From contig JBJKSB010000021.1 of NCBI GenBank assembly GCA_046704385.1, forward strand, positions 145,269-209,268: 64,000 bases of DNA, in the 5' to 3' direction. The notes below the pieces were generated by a model. That model saw nothing but the letters and a program-made list of their open reading frames with translations. It searched no databases and was not told the origin of the DNA. Shown here one piece after another: positions 10,201-18,425 of the stretch. Both the position numbers and the translations under genes were made by a program. This stretch comes from Bacteroidales bacterium (GTDB lineage Bacteria; Bacteroidota; Bacteroidia; Bacteroidales; SZUA-534). The number at the start of each line of letters is the position of its first letter. The stretch's first letter is position 1.

Positions 10201-11174
10201 CTATAAGGCATATCTTTTGGGAATATAACTTTATTAAGCCCGCCTCCCCAGGTACCAATCCATAAACTTCCATTACTGTCACAAAAAATACTTTTAATTA
10301 TATTGTGACTAATGCTGTTATTATTTTTGGGATTATACCTGTAATGAATGAATTTATCTGTCTTAGGATTTAATATATTCAGGCCGCCTTCCCAGGTGCC
10401 AATCCAGATAAACCCTTTTTTGTCGATACAAATTGAACTAATATCATTCATCGACAGGCTGTTTGGATTGTTTGGCTTGTGCCGGTAATGTTTAAATGTG
10501 TTGGTATTTTTATTAAACCGGTCCACTCCGTTGTTGGTTGCTATCCAGATGGTACCGTCGGGAGCCTCTGTCATATCTGAAATAAAAAGTGAACCTATAC
10601 TGTTTTTATTGCTATCGGGTATATGATGTATAAATTGATATTTTGCATTTTGTTCATCAGTATATATACTATCCATTCGTTTTAGTTTGTCGAGCCCGCC
10701 TCCCCAGGTACCCAGCCAAACATCCCCGTCATTATCTTTCAGAATTTTGTAAATTGTATTATTAGCAAGGCTGTTTGGATCATTTGGGTCGTGGCTGTAA
10801 TTTACATTTTCTTTGGTGTGAATAAAAAACCGGTTAAGTCCTGTGGTGGTTGCCACGAAAAGAATTCCGCTTTTATCCTGGCAAATGGATCGGACATGCA
10901 TGGCTGATACGCTGTGTGTGTTGATATAATTGTATCGGTAAGCAACAAAATTATAGCCATCATAACGGTTCAAGCCAGCATAAGTTCCAAACCAGATGAA
11001 TCCGTCTTCGTCCTGGTATGCTGCAATAATTGAACTTTGATTTAATCCGTCTTTAGTGGAATAACGTTCAAAGACGAGGTCTTGAGAAAAGGAATGATCT
11101 ATTCCAAAACCAAATAAATAAAAAATGGATAAAACATAGAATGCTAATGATTTCCGCATAATATAAATCACCAA
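7281..11174 (-). CDS. Hybrid sensor histidine kinase/response regulator of the HTCS type (beta-propeller repeats, Y_Y_Y domain, TM, HisKA, HATPase, REC) with no DNA-binding output domain
   Basis: Many two-component-regulator propeller repeats (G.IWIGT..GLN.F). Y_Y_Y-like region (YAYKLDGYDKDWNYV). TM helix. H-box SHEIRTPMNA. G-boxes DTGIGI / GTGLGLSI. C-terminal receiver (ILIAEDEP...VLMDIKMP..DG). The ORF ends right after REC. An alternative start MRKS lies at 11159. Confidence 0.9.
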   Translation of the reverse strand: MVIYIMRKSLAFYVLSIFYLFGFGIDHSFSQDLVFERYSTKDGLNQSSIIAAYQDEDGFIWFGTYAGLNRYDGYNFVAYRYNYINTHSVSAMHVRSICQDKSGILFVATTTGLNRFFIHTKENVNYSHDPNDPNSLANNTIYKILKDNDGDVWLGTWGGGLDKLKRMDSIYTDEQNAKYQFIHHIPDSNKNSIGSLFISDMTEAPDGTIWIATNNGVDRFNKNTNTFKHYRHKPNNPNSLSMNDISSICIDKKGFIWIGTWEGGLNILNPKTDKFIHYRYNPKNNNSISHNIIKSIFCDSNGSLWIGTWGGGLNKVIFPKDMPYSKAIENITFSRFENNTADLNSISGNSIYSIFEDRSGFLWIGTDWAGLNRLNVQEPKFRHFYAEKSTSNNLVNNIIHSMVIDENHNLWIGTENGLNIYNKKTNSFVLYQNKPNDTKSLSHNYIRSLLKDHNNGIWVGTENGLNKFNKETNDFKRFDYIFSTHEKGIVISLHESSDHDIWLGTYGDGLIRFNVSHNTFKKYTHNPDDTTSISSNIIWDIVEDHDRNIWIGTEDGGLCKFDPGSDKFITYKHNSKKSSLSNNLVMSLFIDHNDSLWVGTRNKLNKLTYDENHNVIFKKYSTHDGLTSETIIGMVEDDSSNLWLTSTKGITRFNPENKTYSKYYAEDGLQDNQFSINCIVYDSIDHDIYAGGIKGFNLFNTEQIKKNEPIPKSKIVDLKLFHQSVEIGEKIDNKIILTEDICYLDTLELSYKNSIVSFEYTALLNPYSQSNVFAYKLDGYDKDWNYVSSQRLATYRNIPPGKYLFKVKAGIKDGKWEDHPSKLFLYIKPPWWGTTFFRISVIIILVSLVILIYLVRIRFLKNRQKELQIMVNKRTEELRKANSLLEEKQEEISLQNEELVKHRNDLENLVQERTKELMNAKLKAEESDKLKSAFLANMSHEIRTPMNALIGFSSLLVDEDMSNDQKAYYAKVIKNSGNTLLTLINDILDISTIQANQLVIYKDNFCVEDELPDLLAYFTTKNDKNIDIQLIKENSKEKTWIYNDVIRFKQIMTNLIGNALKFTDEGHIYFGHRIRENMVEFFVEDTGIGISKEDQESIFNYFYKIEKDKNKFYDGTGLGLSISKSLVSLMGGELKIESKKGKGTTIYFDLPKSTSPGVNFHQEQTTLKTITLKDLSILIAEDEPYNYELMHSILNKTMANIFWAKNGQEAVDFIKEFDPNKKCIVLMDIKMPVIDGIEATRLIKEINSRIPVIAVTAFAQAGDRIRIMNNNFDDYISKPINTAKMLEMVYNYYNQLT

Positions 11175-11384
11175 GAATTAATGCAATCCTAATTATTATG
11201 AGGTAAATATTATTTGCAATTTACCACACCCCTTATTAAAGTATTTTTTAATATTAATAAAAAAAATTGAAATATTTTGGTAATGAGTGTCTTTTTAACT
11301 TGTTTACAATTTGGTTGCGGAATGGTGAGTATTAAAAATGCCTTTTTGAAACAGTTAAAAAGAGATTGTGCTAAAAGGATTATA

Positions 11385-11412
11385 AATAAAAGAGGCGGTT
11401 AAAACCGCCTCT
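11385..11412 (-). terminator. Rho-independent terminator downstream of rpsO
   Basis: AGAGGCGG-TTAAAA-CCGCCTCT hairpin. On the minus strand it is followed by TTTTATTTAT. Confidence 0.75.
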
Positions 11413-11416
11413 TTAA

Positions 11417-11686
11417 TTACTTCCTTAAGTTGAGTGCTTTAATAATAGCACGATATCTTTCAATATCTTTTTCTTTCAGGTAATCAAGTAAACTTCTTCT
11501 TTTACCAACAAGACGCAAAAGCGCTCTTTGGGTACCAAAATCTTTTTTATTTGATTTCAAATGCTCGGTTAAATGAGCAATTCTGAAACTAAATAAGGCA
11601 ATTTGCCCTTCGGTTGAGCCGGTGTCTGCAACCGACTTACCATACTTTGTGAAAATTTCTTCTTTTTTCTCTTTTGTTAAGTACAT
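11417..11686 (-). CDS. rpsO: 30S ribosomal protein S15
   Basis: 89 aa. The sequence GSTEGQIALFSFRIAHLTEHLKSNKKD..QRALLRLVGKRRSLLDYL is unmistakably uS15. Confidence 0.97.
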   Translation of the reverse strand: MYLTKEKKEEIFTKYGKSVADTGSTEGQIALFSFRIAHLTEHLKSNKKDFGTQRALLRLVGKRRSLLDYLKEKDIERYRAIIKALNLRK

Positions 11687-11741
11687 AACCGTTTTGTCTT
11701 ATTAATTAAACAATATAAGCATACACTTATTTTTCGAGCTG

Positions 11742-11749
11742 CAAAGGTA
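11742..11749 (-). promoter_or_regulatory. Candidate Bacteroidota -7 promoter box (TACCTTTG) for rpsO
   Basis: Matches the TAnnTTTG consensus on the minus strand, ~56 nt upstream of the rpsO ATG. Confidence 0.45.
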
Positions 11750-11890
11750 ACTAATTCTTTTAAAGCTGCAAGTTGTTGAGTGTTTAAATTTTAAATATTT
11801 TGCATGGTACTTTTTTATAATTTATCTTACTTAAGACTTTTAATCGGGCAATATTTTGGAGCCTGTTTTATTAAAGAAAAACTGAATTTT

Positions 11891-14002
11891 ATGAAACAAC
11901 TTTTTATTTTATTTGCAGCTGTGTTGATAGTGTCATGTCAGCCGAAACCGGAAAAAATAAAATATCCAATGACAAAGAAAGTAGATACGGTTGATGTATA
12001 TTTTGGTCATAAAGTAGCGGATCCTTATCGCTGGCTCGAAAATGACACAAGTGCAGAAACTGCTGAATGGGTAAAGGCTGAGAACCAGGTTACCCAAAAT
12101 TATATGTCGAAAATCCCGTTCCGGCAGGCGGTGGAAGATCGTTTGACCAAGTTGTGGAATTATCCAAAAATTTCGGCCCCTTTGCATAAAGCAGGTAATT
12201 ATTTTGTGTTTAAAAATGATGGTTTACAAAATCAAAGTGTGGTTTATATAAAAAATACGATTGAGGGTGATGAGAAAGTATTTCTTGACCCTAATAAATT
12301 ATCAAAAGACGGAACTGTTGCATTGACGAACTTTACCCCTTCAAAAGATGGAAAATATGTGGGTTATGCTATTTCAAGGGGTGGCTCCGACTGGCGGGAG
12401 TTATATGTGCGTTCCATTAAAACCGGCAAGGATTTGGCCGATCATATAATGTGGGCTAAATTTTCAAATATTTCCTGGTACAAAAACGGATTCTTTTATT
12501 CCAGGTATCCTGAACCTAAAAAAGGAGACGCGTTAAAAGGTGAAAATGAAAATAGTAAGGTGTATTATCATCAGATCGGTACTTCGCAAGATACTGATAA
12601 ACTAATTTATGAAGATCCGGACCATCCGCTATGGGGATTTAACGCCAAGGTTACAGACGATGATCAGTATCTGGTATTGGAAGTTACCGAATCAACATCG
12701 GGCAATGCATTATATGTTAAGGATTTAACTGGTGATAATGATTTTGTAAAAGTTGTTGAAACTTTCGATAACGATTATCTGGTTATTGATCATATTAATG
12801 GTAAATTATTAGTTTATACTGATCTTGATGCCCCCAAGTATAAAGTAATTGCCATTGATATGAAACATCCTGAACCCGACAGTTGGATTGATTTTATTCC
12901 TGAAAAGGAAAGCGTTCTTCAGGAGGTGTCAATACATGGTGGGAAAATAATTGCAAACTACCTGAAAGATGCCCATAGCAATATTGAGATATACAATTTG
13001 AAGGGTGAATTTCTTTACAATCTGGACAATACAACATTGGGAACAATTAGTGGATTCAGGGGAGAAAGAAATGACAGCACAACATTTTATGCCATAACTA
13101 CTTTTACCTCTCCTGCAACAATTTACAAGTATGATATATCTGCCAATAAATCGGATGTTTACCAAAAAACTGATGTCGATTTTAATGCTGCTGATTATGA
13201 AACCAAACAGGTTTTTTACCCAAGTAAAGATGGAACTGAAATTCCTATGTTTATTGTGTATAAAAAAGGTACCCAGCTTAATGGTAAAAATCCGCTAATG
13301 CTTTACGGATATGGTGGTTTTAATATCAGTCTTACACCAACTTTCAATATAGGAAGGTTACTTTGGTTGGAACAGGGAGGAATTTTCGCCATGGCCAATT
13401 TGCGCGGCGGTGGTGAATACGGTGAGGACTGGCATCAGGCAGGAACTAAAATGAATAAACAAAATGTTTTTGACGATTGTATTGCTGCAGCCGAATATCT
13501 GATTAATGAAAAATATACTTCAAAGGGAAGAATAGTAATGACCGGTCGTTCCAACGGTGGATTACTGGTAGGAGCTGTGGTTAACCAGCGACCCGATTTG
13601 TTTGGCGTGGCTTTCCCAACAGTGGGAGTAATGGATATGTTACGCTACCATAAATTCACAATAGGCCGGTATTGGGCTACCGACTATGGTACCAGTGAAG
13701 ACAGTGAAGAAATGTTCAAATACTTGTTGTCTTATTCACCGTTGCATAATATAAAAGAAAATGTTGATTACCCTGCGATTTTGGTATCTACCGGTGATCA
13801 TGACGACAGGGTGGTTCCGGCTCATTCGTTTAAATACGCAGCGACCCTTCAGGAAAAATATAAGGGAACAAATCCGGTTTTAATACATATTGAATCCCAG
13901 GCCGGGCATGGCCCGGGAAAGCCAACAGCTAAATTGATACAGGAAGAGAGCGATATTTATTCCTTTATGTTTTATAATATGGGAATAACCCCAAGGTATT
14001 AA
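11891..14002 (+). CDS. Prolyl oligopeptidase (S9A family serine endopeptidase), lipoprotein/secreted
   Basis: DPYRWLE motif, beta-propeller region, catalytic GRSNGGLL (Ser), D and H (GHG) in the C-terminal alpha/beta hydrolase. I moved the start to MKQLFILFAAVLIVSC at 11891; the track ORF begins at 11804. Confidence 0.92.
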   Translation: MKQLFILFAAVLIVSCQPKPEKIKYPMTKKVDTVDVYFGHKVADPYRWLENDTSAETAEWVKAENQVTQNYMSKIPFRQAVEDRLTKLWNYPKISAPLHKAGNYFVFKNDGLQNQSVVYIKNTIEGDEKVFLDPNKLSKDGTVALTNFTPSKDGKYVGYAISRGGSDWRELYVRSIKTGKDLADHIMWAKFSNISWYKNGFFYSRYPEPKKGDALKGENENSKVYYHQIGTSQDTDKLIYEDPDHPLWGFNAKVTDDDQYLVLEVTESTSGNALYVKDLTGDNDFVKVVETFDNDYLVIDHINGKLLVYTDLDAPKYKVIAIDMKHPEPDSWIDFIPEKESVLQEVSIHGGKIIANYLKDAHSNIEIYNLKGEFLYNLDNTTLGTISGFRGERNDSTTFYAITTFTSPATIYKYDISANKSDVYQKTDVDFNAADYETKQVFYPSKDGTEIPMFIVYKKGTQLNGKNPLMLYGYGGFNISLTPTFNIGRLLWLEQGGIFAMANLRGGGEYGEDWHQAGTKMNKQNVFDDCIAAAEYLINEKYTSKGRIVMTGRSNGGLLVGAVVNQRPDLFGVAFPTVGVMDMLRYHKFTIGRYWATDYGTSEDSEEMFKYLLSYSPLHNIKENVDYPAILVSTGDHDDRVVPAHSFKYAATLQEKYKGTNPVLIHIESQAGHGPGKPTAKLIQEESDIYSFMFYNMGITPRY

Positions 14003-14023
14003 ACAGTAGAGAGTAAATTATAT

Positions 14024-14055
14024 AAAACCGGCTGACAGGCCGGTTTTTGTTTTTA
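14024..14055 (+). terminator. Rho-independent terminator after the prolyl oligopeptidase gene
   Basis: AAAACCGGC-TGACAG-GCCGGTTTT hairpin followed by TGTTTTT. Confidence 0.8.
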
Positions 14056-14117
14056 ATAATTTGAATAAAATTCCAGAAATTTTATCTTTACTAAATTACT
14101 CAACTAAAAAAACGGTT

Positions 14118-14870
14118 ATGAAAAAGTTTACATTATTAGTGTTTTTAGCATTATTTATTTTAACCGCTAATGCCCAATTATTTAAGATTGGCGGATTTGG
14201 TGTCGGGTATTTGTATGTGGGTCCTAAAATTGGGGGAAATGCTTCATACAATAGCAGGGATTTTGGAACGGGCTATAGCACCATTGCAAATTACGGATAC
14301 CAATTTGGTGGAGTTGCCAAATTGGGAGTTACCAAAAAATTAGCCATCGAACCCGAATTGATTTTTAGTAAAAGAGGTGCGAGTGCAGAAGCATCGGGTT
14401 TTTCAACCAATGTTAATGCCAAATATTTTGGAATACCAGTGGTTGCCAAGTATGCATTTGCAGCCATTTCAAATGTGCAGATTTTTGGATCAGGTGGGTT
14501 TTATACGGATTTTATGACAGGGGTTGAAACAGTATTCAAACAAGGTTCAACAGTAGAATTTACGGAACAACTTGATTCCATTTCATCAGTTTATCATCGA
14601 TTCGATTTTGGTTTGAACCTTGGGTGTGGCACAATCATTCCTTTCAAAAACAAAGATCAGTTAACTATCGATTTAAGATTGGGCCTGGGTTTTGTAAATA
14701 CTGATAAATTGGGTTCGGCATCAAGCAGAAATACCTCTGTGCAATTATCGGCAATTTACCTCGTAGACCTGACTAAGTGGATACATTTCCGTGGTAAATC
14801 AATTTTGGACGATTCTCCGGAACAAGGAGGAGCTCCGGCTGGGGGCACCAAAGTGGATAGGGAACAATAA
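14118..14870 (+). CDS. Outer-membrane beta-barrel (porin-family/OmpW-like) protein
   Basis: Signal peptide MKKFTLLVFLALFILTANAQ, then Gly/aromatic-rich alternating strands (GYQFGGVAKLG, FGIPVVAKYAF, RFDFGLNLG). Start moved from 14061 to 14118. Confidence 0.7.
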   Translation: MKKFTLLVFLALFILTANAQLFKIGGFGVGYLYVGPKIGGNASYNSRDFGTGYSTIANYGYQFGGVAKLGVTKKLAIEPELIFSKRGASAEASGFSTNVNAKYFGIPVVAKYAFAAISNVQIFGSGGFYTDFMTGVETVFKQGSTVEFTEQLDSISSVYHRFDFGLNLGCGTIIPFKNKDQLTIDLRLGLGFVNTDKLGSASSRNTSVQLSAIYLVDLTKWIHFRGKSILDDSPEQGGAPAGGTKVDREQ

Positions 14871-14887
14871 TCAGAAAATATTAATTT

Positions 14888-14915
14888 AAAACCGGGTTTA
14901 TTTCCCGGTTTTTTA
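14888..14915 (+). terminator. Rho-independent terminator
   Basis: AAACCGGG-TTTATTT-CCCGGTTT hairpin followed by TTTTATT. Confidence 0.8.
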
Positions 14916-14961
14916 TTGATAAAAACAAGGGTTTTTTGTTATTCTTGTTTAATTTGCAGCC

Positions 14962-15603
14962 ATGGAAATTAAGCATAAATATCTGGTTGTTGAAGGCAAT
15001 ATTGGGGCTGGTAAATCAACACTTTCCTCGAAAATAGCTGACGATTTTAGTGGAAAACTTATTCTGGAACAATTTCAGGATAATCCCTTTTTACCAAAAT
15101 TTTATAAAAATCCGGAGAGATATGGTTTTACTTTGGAACTTTCATTTTTAGCCGCCAGATATCAACAGCTGAACAAGGAAATTTCATCGACGGATTTATT
15201 TAAATCGTTTACTATTGCCGATTATTATTTTGTAAAATCGCTCATTTTTGCACGTATGACTTTGCAATCGGACGAGTACAATTTATACCGGCAGCTTTTT
15301 GATATCATTTATCAACAATTGCCCTTACCTGATATTTATGTTTATCTGCATGTTTCGCCTGAAAAATTGTTACAAAATATTGAAAAGCGCGGGCGTGATT
15401 ACGAAAAATCAATAACAGCCGATTATTTAAAACTGATTCAGGACAGTTATTTTAATTTCTTTAAATCAGAAACCAGGTTTCCTGTGGTAATTATCGAAAC
15501 TACTGCCATGGATTTTGTTAATAATCCGGAAGATTATAAAAAAATAATTGAAGTTATTAACCAGACAAATTATACAAAAGGGATAAACCGAATTGTATTC
15601 TGA
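14962..15603 (+). CDS. Deoxynucleoside kinase family protein
   Basis: P-loop VVEGNIGAGKSTL plus the LEQF..NPFL..FY, ELSFL and RGRDYE motifs typical of dNK/dGK/dAK kinases. Confidence 0.85.
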   Translation: MEIKHKYLVVEGNIGAGKSTLSSKIADDFSGKLILEQFQDNPFLPKFYKNPERYGFTLELSFLAARYQQLNKEISSTDLFKSFTIADYYFVKSLIFARMTLQSDEYNLYRQLFDIIYQQLPLPDIYVYLHVSPEKLLQNIEKRGRDYEKSITADYLKLIQDSYFNFFKSETRFPVVIIETTAMDFVNNPEDYKKIIEVINQTNYTKGINRIVF

Positions 15604-15812
15604 AACGATAATGTTTTTTATATAAGTATTAGAAACACTAATGAAGCGTTTAAATAAGGGTGTTGCATAATTCATCGGATGATTAAGTGAGTATTAATCA
15701 ATTAAGATCCGATGAATAACACATTAGTCAGCTAACTAACACAAGATTGTGGGTACTGTTAAATTTTAAGTAAGTGTGCGTTAATTATTAGATTTTTCTT
15801 ACAAAGACTATT

Positions 15813-15820
15813 TATATTTG
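15813..15820 (+). promoter_or_regulatory. Candidate -7 promoter box (TATATTTG) for coaD
   Basis: TAnnTTTG match 76 nt upstream of the coaD start. Confidence 0.4.
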
Positions 15821-15895
15821 TCTGGTCATTTGTGAAATCCCACATCTTTAAAATACAAATAGGGTAAGGATGGGAGGTTTTTTAAAAAGATAGTT

Positions 15896-16384
15896 ATGAT
15901 GAAAGTTGCAGTATTTGCCGGGTCGTTCGATCCGTTTACCAAGGGACATGAATCAGTAGTAGTAAGGGCTTTACCTTTATTTGATAAAATAATTATAGCT
16001 ATAGGTAATAATTCAACAAAAATGGGGTTTTTAACCATTGAAGAACGAATTGAACTTATTACAAATGTTTTTTGCGACGAGCCAAAAATTAAAGTGGAAG
16101 CATACGAGGGATTAACAGTGGATTATTGTAAGCAGGTGGGTGCTAACTTTATGGTGCGGGGTATTCGTACGGCAGCCGATTTTGAGTACGAACGCGCTGT
16201 CGCTCAAATGAATAAATCGATGTTACCTGAGGTAGAATCGGTGTTTTTGTTAACCACGCCTGAACTGACACCGGTAAATAGTACCATTGTTCGCGATATT
16301 TTGCGACATGGGGGCGATGTATCACAATTTTTGCCTGATAAATCTAATATTTACCACTTATTGCAAAAACGGGATAAAAAATAG
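15896..16384 (+). CDS. coaD: Phosphopantetheine adenylyltransferase
   Basis: AVFAGSFDPFTKGHESVV (T/HxGH nucleotidyltransferase motif) and RGIRTAADFEYE; ~160 aa. Confidence 0.95.
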   Translation: MMKVAVFAGSFDPFTKGHESVVVRALPLFDKIIIAIGNNSTKMGFLTIEERIELITNVFCDEPKIKVEAYEGLTVDYCKQVGANFMVRGIRTAADFEYERAVAQMNKSMLPEVESVFLLTTPELTPVNSTIVRDILRHGGDVSQFLPDKSNIYHLLQKRDKK

Positions 16385-16395
16385 TAAAGAATTCT

Positions 16396-17817
16396 ATGTT
16401 GAAGAAAATCCTTCTTTTCATTTTTTGTGTTCCGATATTCCTTTATGGAAAGGCTGATACCTTACCTGTTGTTATCAAAGGTACTGATGCTGCCTATTCC
16501 GGACAAATCATAAAAGTTTTTAAATATTCTGATTATATAACTAAAAAGCAGCAGCTTTTAGCTGTTGATACAGCTGATCAAAAGGGTAATTTTAAATTAT
16601 CATTTCAACCGGGAGAAACCCTGCTGGTATTTATTCCTCTGGGAATTTATGAAACCAACTTGTTTGTTGAACCTGGTAAAACTTATGATGTGATTTTGCC
16701 GCCCTTTCAGCCTCGTACCAAAGCTGACTTTTTAAACCCGTTTTTCCAGCCTGTTCAGATGTACCTCGGCATTAAAAACTCAGGGAAGCATGAATTGAAT
16801 TATAATATTGCTGATTTTGATGAACAATACCATAATTATATTGATAGTAATTATTATACCATATTTAAAAAGCCGCGCCAATCAAATATTGACTCGGTAA
16901 TTTTGAACATTGAGAATATTTATAGAATTGATACCTGTAAATTTTTCAAACAATATCGCGAATATAAATATGCGTGGTTAAAGTTTGGAAGTTATATGCG
17001 CGACAGCCGCTATGTGGTGAGGGAGTATTTCAATAAAAAGCCGTTTTTGTATCAAAATCCGGCTTATATGGATTTATTCGATCAGTTATTTACAAATTAC
17101 CTTACATATTATATGAATACCAGTGAAGGAGAGCGTTTGTATTCTGATATTGCCCTTGCTAAAAGTCCGACCTATGCAAAGCAGACTTTTTCAAATAATA
17201 TGGTGCTGTTAAACGATACGCTTCAGGAACTGGTTTTGCTTAAAGGTTTGTATGATGAATTTTATAATGGCGATTTTCCGGTACCGAGCCTGTTGATAAC
17301 ACTCGATTCAGTGTCGTACATGACAAAAGTTCCGATGCACAAAGTTATAGCAGAAAACATCAGGAAAAAAGTGCTGCAGGCCAGGCAGGGATTTCCGGCA
17401 CCGCAATTTGAACTACGTGATGCTCAAGGCTTATTAAGGTCAAGTAAGGAATTCCTGGTAAATTATGTGTATCTGAATTTTATTTCAATTGATAGTTACG
17501 CCTGTCAGGAGGACCTGGAACTGCTTAAAACGTTAAATGAAAAACACAAATCTGATTTCAGAATTGTTTCAATCTGTATTGACGACGATTTTGACAAAGC
17601 CGTTAAATATTTTAAGGATAAGGGTTACGATTGGGTGCTGTTAAGTTACCGTAATCAAAAATCAATCATCAATGATTATAAAATAAGAGTTTATCCCACC
17701 TATTTTTTGATTAATCCCGAAGGAAATTTAAGCATGTCGCCGGCAGTTTCACCGGGCGAAAATTTCGAATGGTATTTTTTTAAGATGCTACAGGCTCAGA
17801 AAAGGAAGCACCATTAG
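16396..17817 (+). CDS. Secreted protein with a C-terminal thioredoxin-fold (TlpA/redoxin-like) domain and a degenerate active site
   Basis: Signal peptide. The C-terminal ~140 aa match the AhpC/TSA-TlpA layout (FPAPQFELRDAQG...YVYLNFISIDSYACQED...VSICIDDD...RVYPTYFLINPEG). SYAC occupies the position of CxxC. Confidence 0.65.
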   Translation: MLKKILLFIFCVPIFLYGKADTLPVVIKGTDAAYSGQIIKVFKYSDYITKKQQLLAVDTADQKGNFKLSFQPGETLLVFIPLGIYETNLFVEPGKTYDVILPPFQPRTKADFLNPFFQPVQMYLGIKNSGKHELNYNIADFDEQYHNYIDSNYYTIFKKPRQSNIDSVILNIENIYRIDTCKFFKQYREYKYAWLKFGSYMRDSRYVVREYFNKKPFLYQNPAYMDLFDQLFTNYLTYYMNTSEGERLYSDIALAKSPTYAKQTFSNNMVLLNDTLQELVLLKGLYDEFYNGDFPVPSLLITLDSVSYMTKVPMHKVIAENIRKKVLQARQGFPAPQFELRDAQGLLRSSKEFLVNYVYLNFISIDSYACQEDLELLKTLNEKHKSDFRIVSICIDDDFDKAVKYFKDKGYDWVLLSYRNQKSIINDYKIRVYPTYFLINPEGNLSMSPAVSPGENFEWYFFKMLQAQKRKHH

Positions 17818-18424
17818 AGGCCTTTTTCAGTACTTCAATAATCGACGGATATATGTTTTTAATAAGTTCTTCTTCAACTTCATGGTTTGCCCATTTAACT
17901 TCTGTTATACCTTCTTTTTCCTGGGGTTTTAAAACTTCAACTCCTTTATGGCTCATTAAATACCATTTAACAGGTTTTAATACAATTCTTTTTTTTATCA
18001 GGTAAGTATGATACGTTTTTAATAATTTTCGTTCAATATTTAAATTTTTTATGCCACATTCTTCTTCCACCTCACGAAGAGCAGCAACCCGGTTTTTTTC
18101 ATTTTTTTCAAGATGCCCTTTTGGAAGATCCCAAATGCCATTGCGCTTAATGAACAACCTTTCGTTTTTTTCATTAATTACCAAACCGCCGGCAGCTTTT
18201 CTAATTTCAAAAAAAGACTTAAAAGTATTCCAGGTGCTTTCCAGGTTGTCAGCAATAATCACGTAAAACAGTGATGTGCTTCCATTTAAAAGGATACCGA
18301 TAATTTCCTTTATTTTTATGAAATCGGGGTTTTCATAAACCGCATCAGGTGTCCATTGCTGATCTGTATTTTTTGCCAGAATCAGCGTGTTGAGGTTGAA
18401 AAAAACTTTATACTTTTGTGCCAT
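17780..18424 (-). CDS. NUDIX hydrolase
   Basis: Nudix box GHLEKNEKNRVAALREVEEECGI. Start moved to MAQKYKVFF at 18424, because the 34-aa extension of the track ORF is antisense to pyrE and looks non-genic. Confidence 0.8.
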   Translation of the reverse strand: MAQKYKVFFNLNTLILAKNTDQQWTPDAVYENPDFIKIKEIIGILLNGSTSLFYVIIADNLESTWNTFKSFFEIRKAAGGLVINEKNERLFIKRNGIWDLPKGHLEKNEKNRVAALREVEEECGIKNLNIERKLLKTYHTYLIKKRIVLKPVKWYLMSHKGVEVLKPQEKEGITEVKWANHEVEEELIKNIYPSIIEVLKKASNGASFSEPVAS

Positions 18425-18425
18425 T

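Noticed and set aside
11804-11890. N-terminal extensions of track ORFs at 11804, 14061, 17780-18526, 18387, 22074, 37223, 38665, 44713 and 53619-54314.
   Set aside because: In each case an internal ATG begins a textbook signal peptide or a conserved N-terminal motif, and the upstream extension overlaps a neighbouring gene or looks non-genic. Starts were trimmed accordingly.
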